A stretch of DNA of 64,000 nt from Octopus sinensis (GCF_006345805.1 NC_043022.1:24676001-24740000), one strand, 5' to 3'; numbered from the stretch's first letter, positions 1 to 13,364 are shown. A program made the numbers and translations. Notes: generated by a model from the letters alone, not told the origin.

Positions 1-1138
1 CAACCAACTCATAATAATCTAGACTTAGTCATTTAGTTCAAGCAATCCACAGCCATAAAAATTGCTTGGTCTTGGTTGATAGGAGAGAGATTAAAGTAAA
101 TGTTTATCATATTACTGTAGGTAGAGAGGGTGGGTGGGAGATAACGAGAGAGTGGGAGTTAGCACAACAGGAGAGAGAGAGAGAGCTAATGTGAGAGAGA
201 AGAGTGATGGCTGGAAAAAGAGAAAACTAGTATAAGAGAAAAGAACTAGAGAGAGAGAGAGAGAGAGAGTGATAGCCAGAAAAAGAAAATTAGTATGAGA
301 GGGGGAAGAGAGATAGGGAAGGTCAGTAAAAGAGCTTGCTGCTGTGATTTTAACTAAAATTAAGGCAGGTATGGGTCACAAGTGGCACGTGACTTTTCAT
401 GTGGTACATGCCGTGATTATATAAACTCTTAGGTAAAAACTCATAACTCTGGACTTGTGCCAAAATTTGAAACCAATATTTCCGATAAACATTTTCTTTT
501 GTTTTACTTTCAGAAAGGGTAATTTCCTTGCCATATCACATAGGAAAGAGTGACTAAAAAATTAATGCATTAGGATGCACAATATCAGCAGCTGTCCTAT
601 TCAAACCAAGCTTACCTCATTTTCCACTATGATCACCAAGAGACTTACAGAAAGTCAAAAGAGAATGTAGAGGCCTAGACTTCCACACTGCAAAAACATA
701 TAATTCAAACCCTGGATGTTTTTTTTAGAAATGTGCAATATGGTCCTCAAGCTGATAGCAAAAAGACATATTCAAAGCCACAGTTCTGTGGATTACACCT
801 AGTTATTTAGCCAACTACATATGGATCATCTTAATCAGGGGGTTGACATAGGACACAATTACAACTATACAGCAATCGGATTAAAATCTTAAACCCAAAA
901 AGGAGAAGTCACCTATCTATATTGGTTCGCCAGTGTCTGTTCATCACTAAGTTCTCTAGCCCTGGGTCTATAAAGATCCTTATAATGATTCAAAGTATAT
1001 TGATATATGACTGATGAAAGTGACACAACATATAGGCTATCTCCAATCAAATGAAGAGACACAAATTAGATCTGGTAACAATTGTTGAGCTGAGGTGTAT
1101 GTATATCAACCAGCCAAATGAAAGAGAGGGGGGGAGTA

Positions 1139-1700
1139 CAGGGTATAATTCAAAATGAATGGGACAAAAAGAAAACATGAGTGTGGTAAAGAATATATTG
1201 CAAAAATACAGGTGTAACATGAAAGGCTAACGCTTCAAGTTTCTACTGACAATCATAGATGTTCAATGCGGGTGCCCTCTGCTACATGGCAGACACCTAC
1301 ACAATAGTATAGTTCTTGTGACACCTGTGCCAGCAGAGCCTGATGAATTGAGTCAACCAAACCACCTATCCACTACTTTAACCCATTTACGTCCTGTGGA
1401 AGCCTTTGCTTTCAGATACCCTAAAGGAAATAGTTGCAACGTATTAGGACAGGGGACCTGTGAGGGGGCCAGACTATCAATGGCACAAATCGTTCATCCC
1501 AGAATGACCAATCCAGCACATTCTGGAAGATGCTGGTTGAAGTAATTGTGTCTGTGTCTATGCTAATGTGGTGGAGCCCAGTCTTGCTGCATAATGAAGT
1601 TGGTTACCTTTTCTTCAAACTGGGGCAGGAACCAAATATGGACAGCATGTCAAAGTAGTGCACCATAGTAAAGGTGGACCATTCATTTTGAATTACCTTG
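1139..1700 (-). mobile_element. Internally deleted Tc1/mariner (IS630-Tc1-mariner) DNA transposon with both TIRs and TA target duplication
   Basis: Left end TA|CAGGGTATAATTCAAAATGAATGGGAC (1137-) matches the reverse complement of the right end, CAAGGTAATTCAAAATGAATGGTCC, which is followed by TA (1701-1702). The minus strand carries degraded DDE transposase motifs. Confidence 0.85.
1253..1670 (-). pseudogene. C-terminal half of a Tc1/mariner transposase with stops and frameshifts
   Basis: Manual translation: HYFDML / WFLPQFEEKVTNFIMQQDWAPPH / NYFNQHLPE / WIG / WPPHRSPVLIRCNYFL*GYLKAK / QALLAQVSQELYYCVGVCHVAEGTRIEHL*. This matches the family pattern QQDGAPPH...WPPRSPDL...FLWGYLK...IEHL*. Confidence 0.85.
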
Positions 1701-2329
1701 TATATTACACCATGTCATACATAGCACTTTCAATGTAAATAGCAGTAAATAGGCACCATGGTGAAGTGCAGAATACTGTAGAATTGACGATTGCTTTGTT
1801 AGTATGCAATACTGTGTTGAATATCTTCCATGGGCAGAATTCATGTCATTCATGTAAGGGATAGTCTTTTAAACCACTCGACAACACTAAGTTGACATAA
1901 GCTCCTGCACACTGCCTCTTGACACCTCTCCAGAAAATCATTATACACATTAGGATCAATCCATCCCAGTACTACTTCTCTTGCCTTATCAGTACTTCAA
2001 ACATTCACTGATCCTAACAAAGTGCTGATCCAATAAGGAATCAATGACAAAACAAATTTTACTCTCGTTTTTTTTTTCCACCACAGAATAACACATTCAA
2101 TCCTATGCAACCTCACATATATGCTTGTCTACCCATTTCAACAACAGATGCTCCCTAAAGCTTATAGGCTTCTCCGCGTTCACATTACATTTCTATCACT
2201 CTTTATCACTCACTACACACACCACTTATCAAACACCACTCAAACACCCACAACAACTGGTAATTACTACTATCTAACATTCTACTTGGAAGACTTGGGG
2301 AAAACTTAAGAGGAAAATTTTAAGTGAAC

Positions 2330-2740
2330 AAATTCTATCCTTACACCTTACACTCATTTCAACACTTGGATATAACAACCACTTTAGTTGAATAACAGAC
2401 ACATCTGGATATAGCTTAATACCACACACACATCTGTATATAGCCTTATAACCTCGCAAAACATACATCTGAATACAACACCCACTTTAGTTTAATAACA
2501 AACCGATACGTATGTTGCTATATTGTGATACAACACCTACTTTAGTTTAAATAACATACATATATACATACATTATTTAATTCAGTCATTCACATTCATA
2601 TATACACAACAAATTTCTCCTCTTTTTTCACAGATATACACAAACACATGCAATTTGATAACACACACAGAATTTATATTGACATGGACCCCCACCTCCT
2701 CCACACATGCACATCCTAATGTAAGTGACACACACACACA

Positions 2741-2779
<39 letters not shown>

Positions 2780-3212
2780 TACAGAAACTCTCCCATGCAA
2801 TCAGAGAAACACATACACATTTGAATTCACATTTCACACATACATTTAACCATATCTAGTAACACACACACAGACACACACACACACACTCCAATATACT
2901 CACACACATCCTGATGTTAGTAATATACACACACATTCATAATCAGCTGATGAAGACACATAATTATGCAACACACACCCAAAACACAGACATACAAAGT
3001 ATCTGAATTTGTCACATACACACACACACACACACAACACACACATAGACATCCTAATTGAAACCACACACAAACATACACTTCTAATCTACTAAGTCAC
3101 ATAGAAACATACACACGGTCATAAACAAACAAACACCTTAATAGTCACACACACACAAATACATCTATACAAATATCCTAATCTAAACCACACACACAGC
3201 CAATTCTAATTC

Positions 3213-3252
<40 letters not shown>

Positions 3253-3260
3253 TGTTCACT
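2330..3260. repeat. Degenerate CA-rich low-complexity region with recurring ACAACAC(C)ACTTTAGT and CACATCCTAAT motifs and (CA)n/(CT)n runs
   Basis: Motifs and dinucleotide runs read directly from the sequence. Confidence 0.7.
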
Positions 3261-4039
3261 CATAACACACAGAGTCCAGAGACCCCAATGTCAGTTAATT
3301 AACTAATTCACTATTTATTTGATATTACAACAGTAAGGTTCCTGAACAAACTCAAGCACATTGCAGTATACCTCACCCCCCCACCCCCAACACACATTAC
3401 ACTCTCGCCTTCCATAGCCTGCCATCACCGCCACCACCACCACCATCACCTCAGTACAATCACCATAGAAACTGCGCAGTAGCCAGATCATGTGATATAC
3501 CCTATCCTCAGTCACCTCGTTCTCAGCTTAGTCGTATTGCATGCTTAATGATATCACCTTGGATATCAAGCTAGAGAGGAATTTGGTGATGGGATAAATA
3601 CCAGAGAAAGACCAAGCAGGAGCAAGGTCATGTGATATGATGTATCACACACACACGCACACACACATGGTATAAGGTAGGTCATGTGATGCACCAAGTC
3701 AGCAGGATAAATAAAGTAGGCCAGTGTAGTAGAGCAAATAGGGGTCTGTGATAGGTCTCAAACTCAACACAGTAGTCAGGTCATAGATGTATATATATAC
3801 ACACACATACAAAAAACATATACATACACATACGCTACAGTAGGCAGGGTCATGTGACACACTTCTATTGAAGAGCATGGAATATATTATGGCAGGTCAT
3901 GTTGATATATTGTATATAAATGAATGTATGGGAGACTGGGCTAAGGGGCGGGTGTCAGGAAGGGAAGGATGAACAGAGAGAGACAAGGGAGGGAAAAGGG
4001 GTAGTAGTGAGGAAAGTGGGAGAGATTGAGAGTGAAAAT

Positions 4040-4273
4040 AGATGAGAGAGAGAGAGAGAGAGAGAGTATGAGAAAAGAGAAAACAAGGGGAAGAAAGAGG
4101 AAATAGATGAGAGATGTAAGGAAAGATAGATAGAAGCAGGAAAAGAGTAAAAAGATCTAAAAGGGAAACGAGAAGGGAAGGACGCAAAGAGAACAAATAT
4201 GAGAGAGAGAGAGTGAGAGAAAGAGTTGAAGAGAATGAGCACTAGAAGAGGGACAGAAAGTGAAAGTGAAAGT

Positions 4274-4312
<39 letters not shown>
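4040..4312. repeat. (GA)n / purine-rich low-complexity tract
   Basis: Multiple (GA)n runs; source of the spurious SL-rich minus-strand ORFs. Confidence 0.9.
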
Positions 4313-4759
4313 AGAGGTAGCATCAGTTTTATTGTTATGTGTATTATAAAATATGTACGGTGCCATTTGCTGTTGTCGCCCTAATAGAGAATTTCACTTG
4401 AATGCATGTAGAAAGAACGCTGCGTTCATGTGTGCAGGAGATATATATATGCATGATGCATTGATAAAGCTGTAAAAATTACATATACATATAATTTTAT
4501 ATGTGTGTGTGTGTATGTGTATATATGTATGTGTGTATATATGATTTTTTTCCTATCAATTTGTTAAAGAAATCATTTGATAGAAATAAAAAGGAGAGAG
4601 CAGGAGAGGAAGGAGAGGTGGTTTTTGCCTATGATTTTTGTATATTTCCTGATTTGTTTTTTTTTTGTTTTTCAGTTTGCTTTTTTTTATGGTTTTTATT
4701 AATAAACAGAATGTTGTAAGGTGGAAGAAGAGACGGTTGAATGTCAAATTGGTGAACAT

Positions 4760-4763
4760 GCTT

Positions 4764-4800
<37 letters not shown>

Positions 4801-4891
4801 GATTACATATTTATGTATGTATGTATGTATATATATATGCACACACTACCACATATATACATATATAGATTACATTGTATGTATGTATGTA

Positions 4892-4959
<68 letters not shown>

Positions 4960-5064
4960 CACATACATACATACACGCACTTACATATGTACAGATATAT
5001 ACATAAATACTTCTATGTACATATACATACACACTCACAAATATACACACACAGGTTACATAAT

Positions 5065-5103
<39 letters not shown>

Positions 5104-5270
5104 ATATTCATAGAATATAAATATATACATAAATGCATACATGTAAATACATATCCACAAATATAGAAACATACATGTATAAGTAAAGACACGTATATAT
5201 CTGCACACACAAATACATGTGCACACAGATGAATTACACATGCAGTGTATGTGTGTGTGTGTGTGTGTAA
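4760..5270. repeat. Compound (TA)n/(TG)n/(CA)n/(TACA)n microsatellite
   Basis: Read directly. Confidence 0.95.
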
Positions 5271-6730
5271 TTCAGTGAAGCTTAGTCAGAGGGTAATCAG
5301 GCAGAAATGGTGAAACAATGGAAATTGGGGATAAGATTTTTTGGGGTTTTTATTTTAGGGGGTTTTCTTTTTAACGCAGCACTACACGGTTTATTACTTC
5401 TAATTGCTTTTCTTTTTTCGTTAGTTGTTTGTGTTTTAGAATTTCTTTTTATGGGGGAGGGGGAGGGGGGCCCTGTGGCAGTTGAACATACACTTATATA
5501 TCAAGCAAAGAACACACATTCATGCATGCAAAAATATTAAAAAAATTATATAGATTTTACACATGCACTCGTACGCACAAACACACACCGTACACAAATT
5601 TATAGATTTCACACTCCGAAAAACACATGCACACACACATACACACACACAAATATACTCTTTTAAGTCTTAAAAAAATTAAATATATAAAAAATAAAGG
5701 TTAATTTGTCAACCACACTGCATGGATTGCCAAAAGTAATGCAGCTAGGGAGAGATTTCCAACATAAATTACAATCATTTAAAAAAGAGAAAGGAGAAGT
5801 AGAAGAAAACAGTTTCGATTGCGCCATGTTTATTTGTTTATTATATATTTATTTATTTGGTGTTGTGCCCCCCCCACCACCACCACCACCACTCCTCCAT
5901 TTACTTGTAATATTCCACCAGCTGAGATGCAGAAAATAAGTACAAAGAAACCAAAACAAAATAATAATAATAATAATATTATAATAATAGCTAAAATAAA
6001 TAAATACTTAAATAATATATCACATTTGGAATGGAACTTTTATTATTTTATGAACAAACAGGTGGAAATTTTCAATGGAAATTAGAATTTTAAAATTCCG
6101 CCATGCAGCAATGGACGAAAAAGAGAAAAAGGACAAAAGAAAGGGAAAAAAAAAACATGCTTGTCTCCATGTTGCATGGAATAATGTCATTGTGGTACAT
6201 TCATGATGGTTGCTGAACATTATGATTCATAAAATAAAATGGAAGCTCCATGGATATTGATGATGAGCATTTAGTTGATCAGTCAACTGAGCCACCTGCT
6301 CATTGAATGAGCTCGTCAAGTGGGTAAGTGTTCCTCAGATATGTGCAAAATGAAAATGAGAAAGAATGTCACCAAGGCAAGATCTTGGAATTTTAGCCAC
6401 ATCCATCCAAAAGGCTTCCAAACAGTTTCCTCTTGTCCAGTTAAACTCGCAAGGCTTTTGTCTGCCTAAGGCTATATAGTAGTAGATATATTCGTTTCTC
6501 CCCACCTCAATGCAATGCAATGGCATTGCACCAGGGACTCATGATTGTAAAGGAAACATCTTAACCATTGAGCTGCACTGCATTCCACAAGTGATTCATA
6601 GCCAAGGCACAAAGTAAGAAGTGTAAACGGAAGAGCCAGATAATTCAAATGCAGTGTTTTACTGGTATACTTGTGAGTCAATTAAGTAGATGGAAATTGT
6701 GCAGAAGCCCACTGCACGTTTGCTGCATTG

Positions 6731-6906
6731 ACCTTTTAGCATTCATATTACTCTGTCAAATGTAATGCTTATTTATTCAGATTGTTTTGAATTAATCATG
6801 CATTTTCCTGTAGCTTCAAAATTTCAATAATGTGAAAGGCCATATCTGGCTGGTTTAGACATAAAAGAGATTGAATATTTCGGCTGGATATGGCCGATTT
6901 AAATGC
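6731..6906. mobile_element. piggyBac-type MITE family F, degraded, right end missing
   Basis: Shares CCTTTTAGCATTC...GATATGGCCGATTTAAATGCT with the intact copies at 31967 and 53462. Confidence 0.7.
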
Positions 6907-6909
6907 TCT

Positions 6910-7038
6910 CTTGTCCATCCTTGCATTCTGAGTTCGAATTCCACTGAGGTCAACTTTGCCATTCATCCTTTCAGGGTTGAACACTAATTGACTTACCTTC
7001 TCCCATGAACTTGCTGGCCTTGAGCCAAAATTTGGAAC

Positions 7039-7074
<36 letters not shown>

Positions 7075-7492
7075 AAATGCTTAGCAAATTTGGTCTGTCA
7101 GTATGTTCATCCTTTCAGGGTCGATAAAAAATAAGTACCGGTTGAAAACTAGAATCAATGTAATTACTGTACCCCCTCCCCCGAACTTGCTGGCCTTGTG
7201 CCAAAATTTGAAACCGTTTTTATTATAATTATTGTTCTGAATTAATCGTGCAGAATCGTTAGCATGCTGGGCGAAATGCTTTAGCAGTATTTCATCCGTC
7301 TTTACGTTCTGAGTTCAAATTTGAGGTCAACTTTGTTGATTAAATAAGTACCAGTTACGCACTGGGGTTGATGTAATCGACTTAATCCCTTCCCTCAAAT
7401 TTGAGACTTTGAACTTCCAGTAGAAAGGATTATTATTATTATTATTATCATTATTATTATTATTATTGTTGTTGTTGTTGTTGTTGTTGTTG
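6910..7492 (+). mobile_element. Three stacked, diverged SINE B' copies with (ATT)n/(GTT)n tails
   Basis: B box GAGTTC(G/A)AATT, body GAGGTCAACTTTG..CATCCTTTCAGGG..AAGTACC, and 3' module TTGCTGGCCTTGTGCCAAAATTTG or CCAGTAGAAAGG. Confidence 0.8.
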
Positions 7493-8739
7493 CAGTCAGT
7501 TACGTCACTGAAGACTCAGTCTCTGAATTTGCTTCGTAATAATAACATTTGTTTAATTCCCCTCAAACAATTCTATCCACAGCAGCTAGTCTTGTCGAAT
7601 AAAATATAGACCATTTTATCTACCTCTCCCCTTCCTTGCAAGACTATGATAAGGAAATTGCAAGTGAGAGATGGAAACCTAAATATTAATTAAAAAGAAA
7701 GAAATATTGTAATAAATTACAAATAAGTAATTTAATTTTTCAATAAATAATGTTAGTGTTTTTTTAAACTGTAATTTCCTCATTTCTTTTTTTTTATGGT
7801 CATGCCGCACACATCTAGCATATGCTGAATAAACAGTCCGTGTGACTGACTTTACAAAGGAACGGATGAAGTCAAACAATGAAAGACACAATTCCTTTCT
7901 ACCTACCCCTTGCTTCTGAGAAGGGGAAAAAAAAAGAAAAACCTTATTAAATCAACAAATGACATAGGACATACAGGTGAGCCTAACCACAAAATGAAGT
8001 TGTCAATCAAAGAATGCAGCAACAAGTTACTTTGTGGTCCAAAAGACGAAATAAAAAAAGAACTATTAACAACAGAAGTTTGTGTGCCTGGGGAGTGAGA
8101 GATGGGAAACAAACTTTTAACAGCTGCAGTAAGTAGGCAGTAAAACTAGATATGATCCACCAAGGTATATGTGTGCGTGATGTGAACTGAAAGGCACAGA
8201 CTAGACAAACTCTGGGGATGTGAGAGAAAAATACAGGGAATTATATTATTCCCTACATCATCTTGTATATTACTTAGTGATACTTTTATTATACTTCAGG
8301 AAATACAGTGAATATTATACCTTGCTGATGAAATCAGAATAAGACTGAAAACTGCCCACAGCTGTCTTCCTACCAAAATTTAAAATTTAGTTCTAATATT
8401 TTTTTTTTATCCCTCTTTACAGCATAGTTATTCCTAGTTGAGCTCTTAATACAGCAGAAAGCATTGCTTGCAGAAGGTGTTTTTAAATCACTGCACATAG
8501 ATATTTTTTTGTGTAAACACACTGGTATCCTGTGATAGTTTACCATTTGTGCTTTCTTGAAGATATCATAAATGAAAACATTTCTAAAACAAGAGAAATT
8601 AGTACGATGATGATCATGTGGGTTAAGTATCAGTGAAATTATAAAATAAAATAAACAGTTGAATGTTGATGACAAGAAAGGCATCTGGTCACAGAAAATC
8701 TACCTCAATAAATTCCTTACACAAGTATGGAAAAGTGGG

Positions 8740-8951
8740 GACAACGAAAAACCTGGCTGATGACAGTCAAGGCTGATCTGGAACCAAACCTAGGCCCCCA
8801 TATGTATGGCGTTCACCGCTGGAATAAGGAGTGGTTGGAGATCACGCGGTCGTTAGCCTCAAATCGCGGGGCTGGTCGGCGTTGGTGAGAGATGCAGCAT
8901 TGAGCATGAATGAAGACAGCTCAACCCACCCCAGGTGAATGCTGTCAAGTC
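8740..8951 (+). mobile_element. 5'-truncated RTE-clade LINE 3' end with 13-bp TSD
   Basis: Frame reads GQRKTWLMTVKADLEPNLGPHMYGVHRWNKEWLEITRSLASNRGAGRRW, then shifts to ...SSTHPR*. Flanked by ATGGAAAAGTGGG at 8727-8739 and 8952-8964. Confidence 0.75.
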
Positions 8952-10739
8952 ATGGAAAAGTGGGCATTAAAATAATGTTCCTGCCACAATGTTCACATGC
9001 TTGCCAAGTCATGTATGTGACTCAACCCAATGTCGACCCTGGGTTACCCAAGTTAAATAGGTTTTACCAAAGCTGGGCCCCCAAGAGAAATTTCAGTAAA
9101 GGAGAAGAATGCTTTCACATTCTGTGAATGTGTGTAACAGTGGAGGTTTCCTTCAAAACTGAAACGAACAATAAGGGTTATTTTTATTTATCTTTTATTA
9201 GGAAAGGTACCCAGCAATTAGTCATGAGCCTCTCCTTGAGCCCCTAGTTTAATATACCAGCTTAGATCTAACCAGTCCTGCTTAGAGATTCAGTTCCAAT
9301 ATGAAGGACCTTGTACAACTAAGGCATTATATGGATGAATACTTTACAATGAAGCTTCAACAAAGGACTCAAACAACATCAGACACTGCCATCTCATGCA
9401 TTAGGTTAATTTACTAAAGTTAATTTAGTATTAACAGAATAAACTTTAATTCATTTCAAAGTGGCAACGGTCATTCGCCACTTAGAATTTAGACAGTGGT
9501 AGCTTAACAATTAACATGGTAATAATTTCTGACCAGCTATTATTTGAAGTCTGACCTGCTTTGACTTAGTGATGAGTACAAATTAGTAGACTGTTCGCTA
9601 AAATAATGACTCTACTGCACAATCAAACCATTTTCTTTAATCTTTCAGAGAAAAATTACACAATTTATTCAGCTTTCATTTCATAGTAAGAACAATCAAG
9701 CATGCAAGTGTTTTTCTACAGAATACAAATCTATAGATTTTTATCCCTTTAACAAAATATATAAATAAATAAACCACTTTATATTTTATTTTACAGCAAC
9801 TCCACACTGCCTCGCTCTCTCTCTCTCTCTCCTCATTTACTCACTCCCAACCTACACTCAATAAGATTAGATCAATAATAGCAATAATGATGATTAAGAT
9901 AGAAAGATAGAAAGAAAGAGAAACGTTTAGTAGAAAGGGAGAAGAGAGAAGAAAAAAAGATCAATAGCTCTAAAAAAAAAAACAAAAAAAAAACTGAAGT
10001 GAACAATTATGTATCGGTAACTTTACAGGAATATAGTTTTTCAAGACAAGAAACGAAGGAAAAATAAGAAAAAGAGAGAAAGAAAGAAAAAGAAATAATA
10101 ATAATTCTATCTATTTAAAAATTCATAACATTTGCATAATGAAAATATTAATAAAGAGATTAAAAAAAAAACAACACACAACAAAGAAATGAGACAAACA
10201 ATAAAATAAAAATACAAATAAAATGAATATTAAATAAAAAAAAAAGAAAAGAAAACAGAGCAAAGAACTAATTATACGTAACAATAGTCTGTAGAGATAC
10301 ATGATTACAACAGTAGGTACTTCATACGTTATGATCAAGACAATATACCTTGAAAGCATCGTAGAAGAATTATGACAATTCAAGATAAATATTGATTTTT
10401 GTATAAAGGAAATAAGGAAAAAGAAGAAGAAGAAATACAGAGAGAGAGAGAGAGAGAGCGAGAGAGATAAAATGAAATTTTCCCATAATTATATTTGTAT
10501 ATGGAAGAAAAGTTATTAATCAGCGGGAAGTGGTTGAAAAATTCAAAAAGACATGTAATTAGAGAAGTAAAATAGAAATAAAATTCACTCGGAGAGAAAT
10601 GTCAAAAATGATGGATTCGATATTAACATGTGAGTTAGAAGAAAAGGAAAGGAAGAAGAAGAAGAAGAAAGAAAGAAAGAATTTGATAAATTGTTTCATT
10701 GATTCTTGCAGAGGAATTTTTTTCACGTTTTGTAGATTT

Positions 10740-10783
10740 CTTTTGTTGTGTGTGTATATGCATATGTAAATATGTGTGTGTGC

Positions 10784-10825
<42 letters not shown>

Positions 10826-10910
10826 ATGTATGTATGTATGTAAATACATACACATACACACTTAAACATGTTTATACACACATGCATACATACAAACATA
10901 TACATACATG

Positions 10911-10952
<42 letters not shown>

Positions 10953-11585
10953 ATCTCCACGCACACACGTTTTTATATATGTATACATGTGTATGTATGT
11001 ATATATATGTAAATGTATATATATATACATACATGTATGTGTGTGTGTATGTATGCATGTGTATATAAACATGTTTAAGTGTGGTGTGTATATGCATATG
11101 TAAATATGTGTGTGTGTTTATATATATATATATATCCACGCACACGTTTTTATATATGTATACATGTGTATGTATGTAAGTGTATATATATACATACATG
11201 TATGTATATATGTGTGTGTGTGTATGTATGCATGTGTATGTATGTATATGTATGTAAATGTATATATATACATACATAAATGTATATATATATACATACA
11301 TGTATGTATATGTGTGTGTGTATGTATGCATGTGTATATAAACATGTTTAAGTGTGGTGTATATATATATATATCCATGCACACACGTTTTTATATATGT
11401 ATACATGTGTATGTATGTATATGTATGTGTGTATGTATGCATGTGTATATAAACATGTTTAAGTGTGTATGTGTATGAATTTACATACATATACACACAT
11501 GTATATGTGTATATATATACAAGTGTGTGTATGTGTATGTTTTTACATACATGTAGACACACACACACACACACACACACATGCA
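10740..11585. repeat. TA/TG microsatellite-derived region with higher-order direct and inverted repeats
   Basis: CCA(C/T)GCACAC(AC)GTTTTTATATATGTATACATG occurs three times (~10958, 11136, 11376). ATAAACATGTTTAAG occurs three times on plus, with one inverted copy at 10861. Confidence 0.85.
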
Positions 11586-11828
11586 TGTAGGGATGTATAT
11601 TAGTGTTTTTAGCAATGAAATCAGCTCAACCAAAAACTGATGTGATGGACTTTGGAAAGGAAAAAAAAAGCAAAAGAAAAAAAAAGCAGAAAAAAAAACA
11701 AGAACCATTTGTTCAATGGATGCCAGCAACTAAAAAACAAGCTGTAATAAAATTAGTGTTTTTGAAATATACTTTTGAAAAAAAAGTCACAGCTACCAGG
11801 GGTAAACTAAAGAACCACATCAAGTAAT

Positions 11829-11860
<32 letters not shown>

Positions 11861-12934
11861 GAGAGAGGGAGAGAGAGATAGGCAGACAGACAGATAGAGG
11901 GAAAGAGACATAGATAGAAAGGCAGGGAGGTTAGAAACTCCAGCAGATTGAGGGGTTTCTGGCAATATTTTGTTTCCCCATTCTTATCAAACAGGAAAAA
12001 GGGGGAGGCAGGGCAATTAAGGAGATTTTAATCAATTTATCAAACTATTTCCTCTCTGGGCTGTAAATATTAAATGAAATCCCCTAAGAGACAGGGAGTG
12101 AATCAAGGTAGTGTCATGCCTGGCCTATGTGCAGGAAAAGAAGTAGAAGGGGACAGGGGGTGATGGGAAAAGGATAAGAGCTACTTGAGCATCTGGGGAG
12201 CAGGATGACCAAAACCCAACAAGGCAACCCAAAAGGTAGGTTTCTGTCTTGTAGCAGCATGAAATTGGTTGAGGATGCTGCAGAAGCTCGAATGCCAGAT
12301 TTTGAAGTTCAAATCCTGATGAATCACCAGCTTTCCATTTTAACCTTTCAGGGAGACTAAAAATAGAGAGGTGGGGCAAAGAAAAAGCATGACCACATAG
12401 CTAAGAAATTTGCTTTACAATACATCATTTTGAGTTCACTCCTTCGACATGGCACCTTGGGAAAGTGTCACCTCAGGTCAACCAACACTATGTGAATGAA
12501 ATTTCGTAGATGGAACGCATGAAGTCTGCCGTGCACGCGCGTGCATGTGTGTGTGTGTATATTCATGTGTGTGTGTTATTAGTGACAGAAGCAGTATTGG
12601 TTCAGAATAACATTCTGTACCTCTTAGTGTGGATATACCATAAGACCATGACACTGGTATTCATCTTGAGAGAGGGAGAGAGAGATTTTATTTGTTTGTT
12701 TATGACCTGTAACTTGGTAATTCAACAAATAGAGATCATTAAAATACGTACCAGATGTAAAAATAGGTCTTCCTTGGGACGGGGTCAAATATGATTGACT
12801 AAACCTTTGAATGTAGTACCTCAGCACACCAGCAATGCAGCATGCTTACTTTTATACATCATACCTGCAAGATCTCTAACACAAAGTTACTGCAGGGGGC
12901 AGTGTGGTTGACTAAAAACTAATGGGGAAAAAAA

Positions 12935-13275
12935 GGCGTGGCTGTGTGTGTGGTAAGAAGTTTGCTTCCCACATGGTTTCAGGTTCAGCCCCAATACATG
13001 GCCAACCAAAAGCCTTGTGAGTGGATTTGGTAGATGGAAACTGAAAGAAGTCTGTTGTATATTTTGTGAGTGTATGTCTGTTCCCCACCACCACTTGACA
13101 ATCAGTATTGGTATGCTTACATCCCCCGTAACTTAGTAGTTCAGCAAAACAGAATGATAAAATAAGTACCAGGCTTTAAAAGAAAAATGGGGTAGATTCA
13201 TTTGACTACAATTCTTCAACATGGTGCCCCAGCATGGCTGCATTCTAATGGCTGAGACAAATAAAAGATAATGAT
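12935..13275 (+). mobile_element. SINE family A, diverged with internal deletion
   Basis: GTGGCTGTG..GGTAAGAAG head, AAAGCCTTGTGAGTGGATTTGGTAGA body, AAAAGATAA tail. Confidence 0.8.
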
Positions 13276-13364
13276 AAACACTATCAAGCATGAATGCCAT
13301 CAACTCACATTACACTTTCCTCCTTGAATGATGATGACCAGCCACCAAAGAATTTGTGTCAAAG

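Noticed and set aside
560-1130. Unique-looking stretch with peptide hints (ISNQMKRHKLDLVTIVELR; DHLNQGVDIGHNYNY)
   Set aside because: Only vague resemblance to a LINE endonuclease or hAT transposase; no second supporting motif in frame.
5908-5945. Possible minus-strand 17-nt micro-exon encoding LVEYY (SH2-like)
   Set aside because: Too short, moderate splice signals, and no neighbouring exons of an SH2 protein found.
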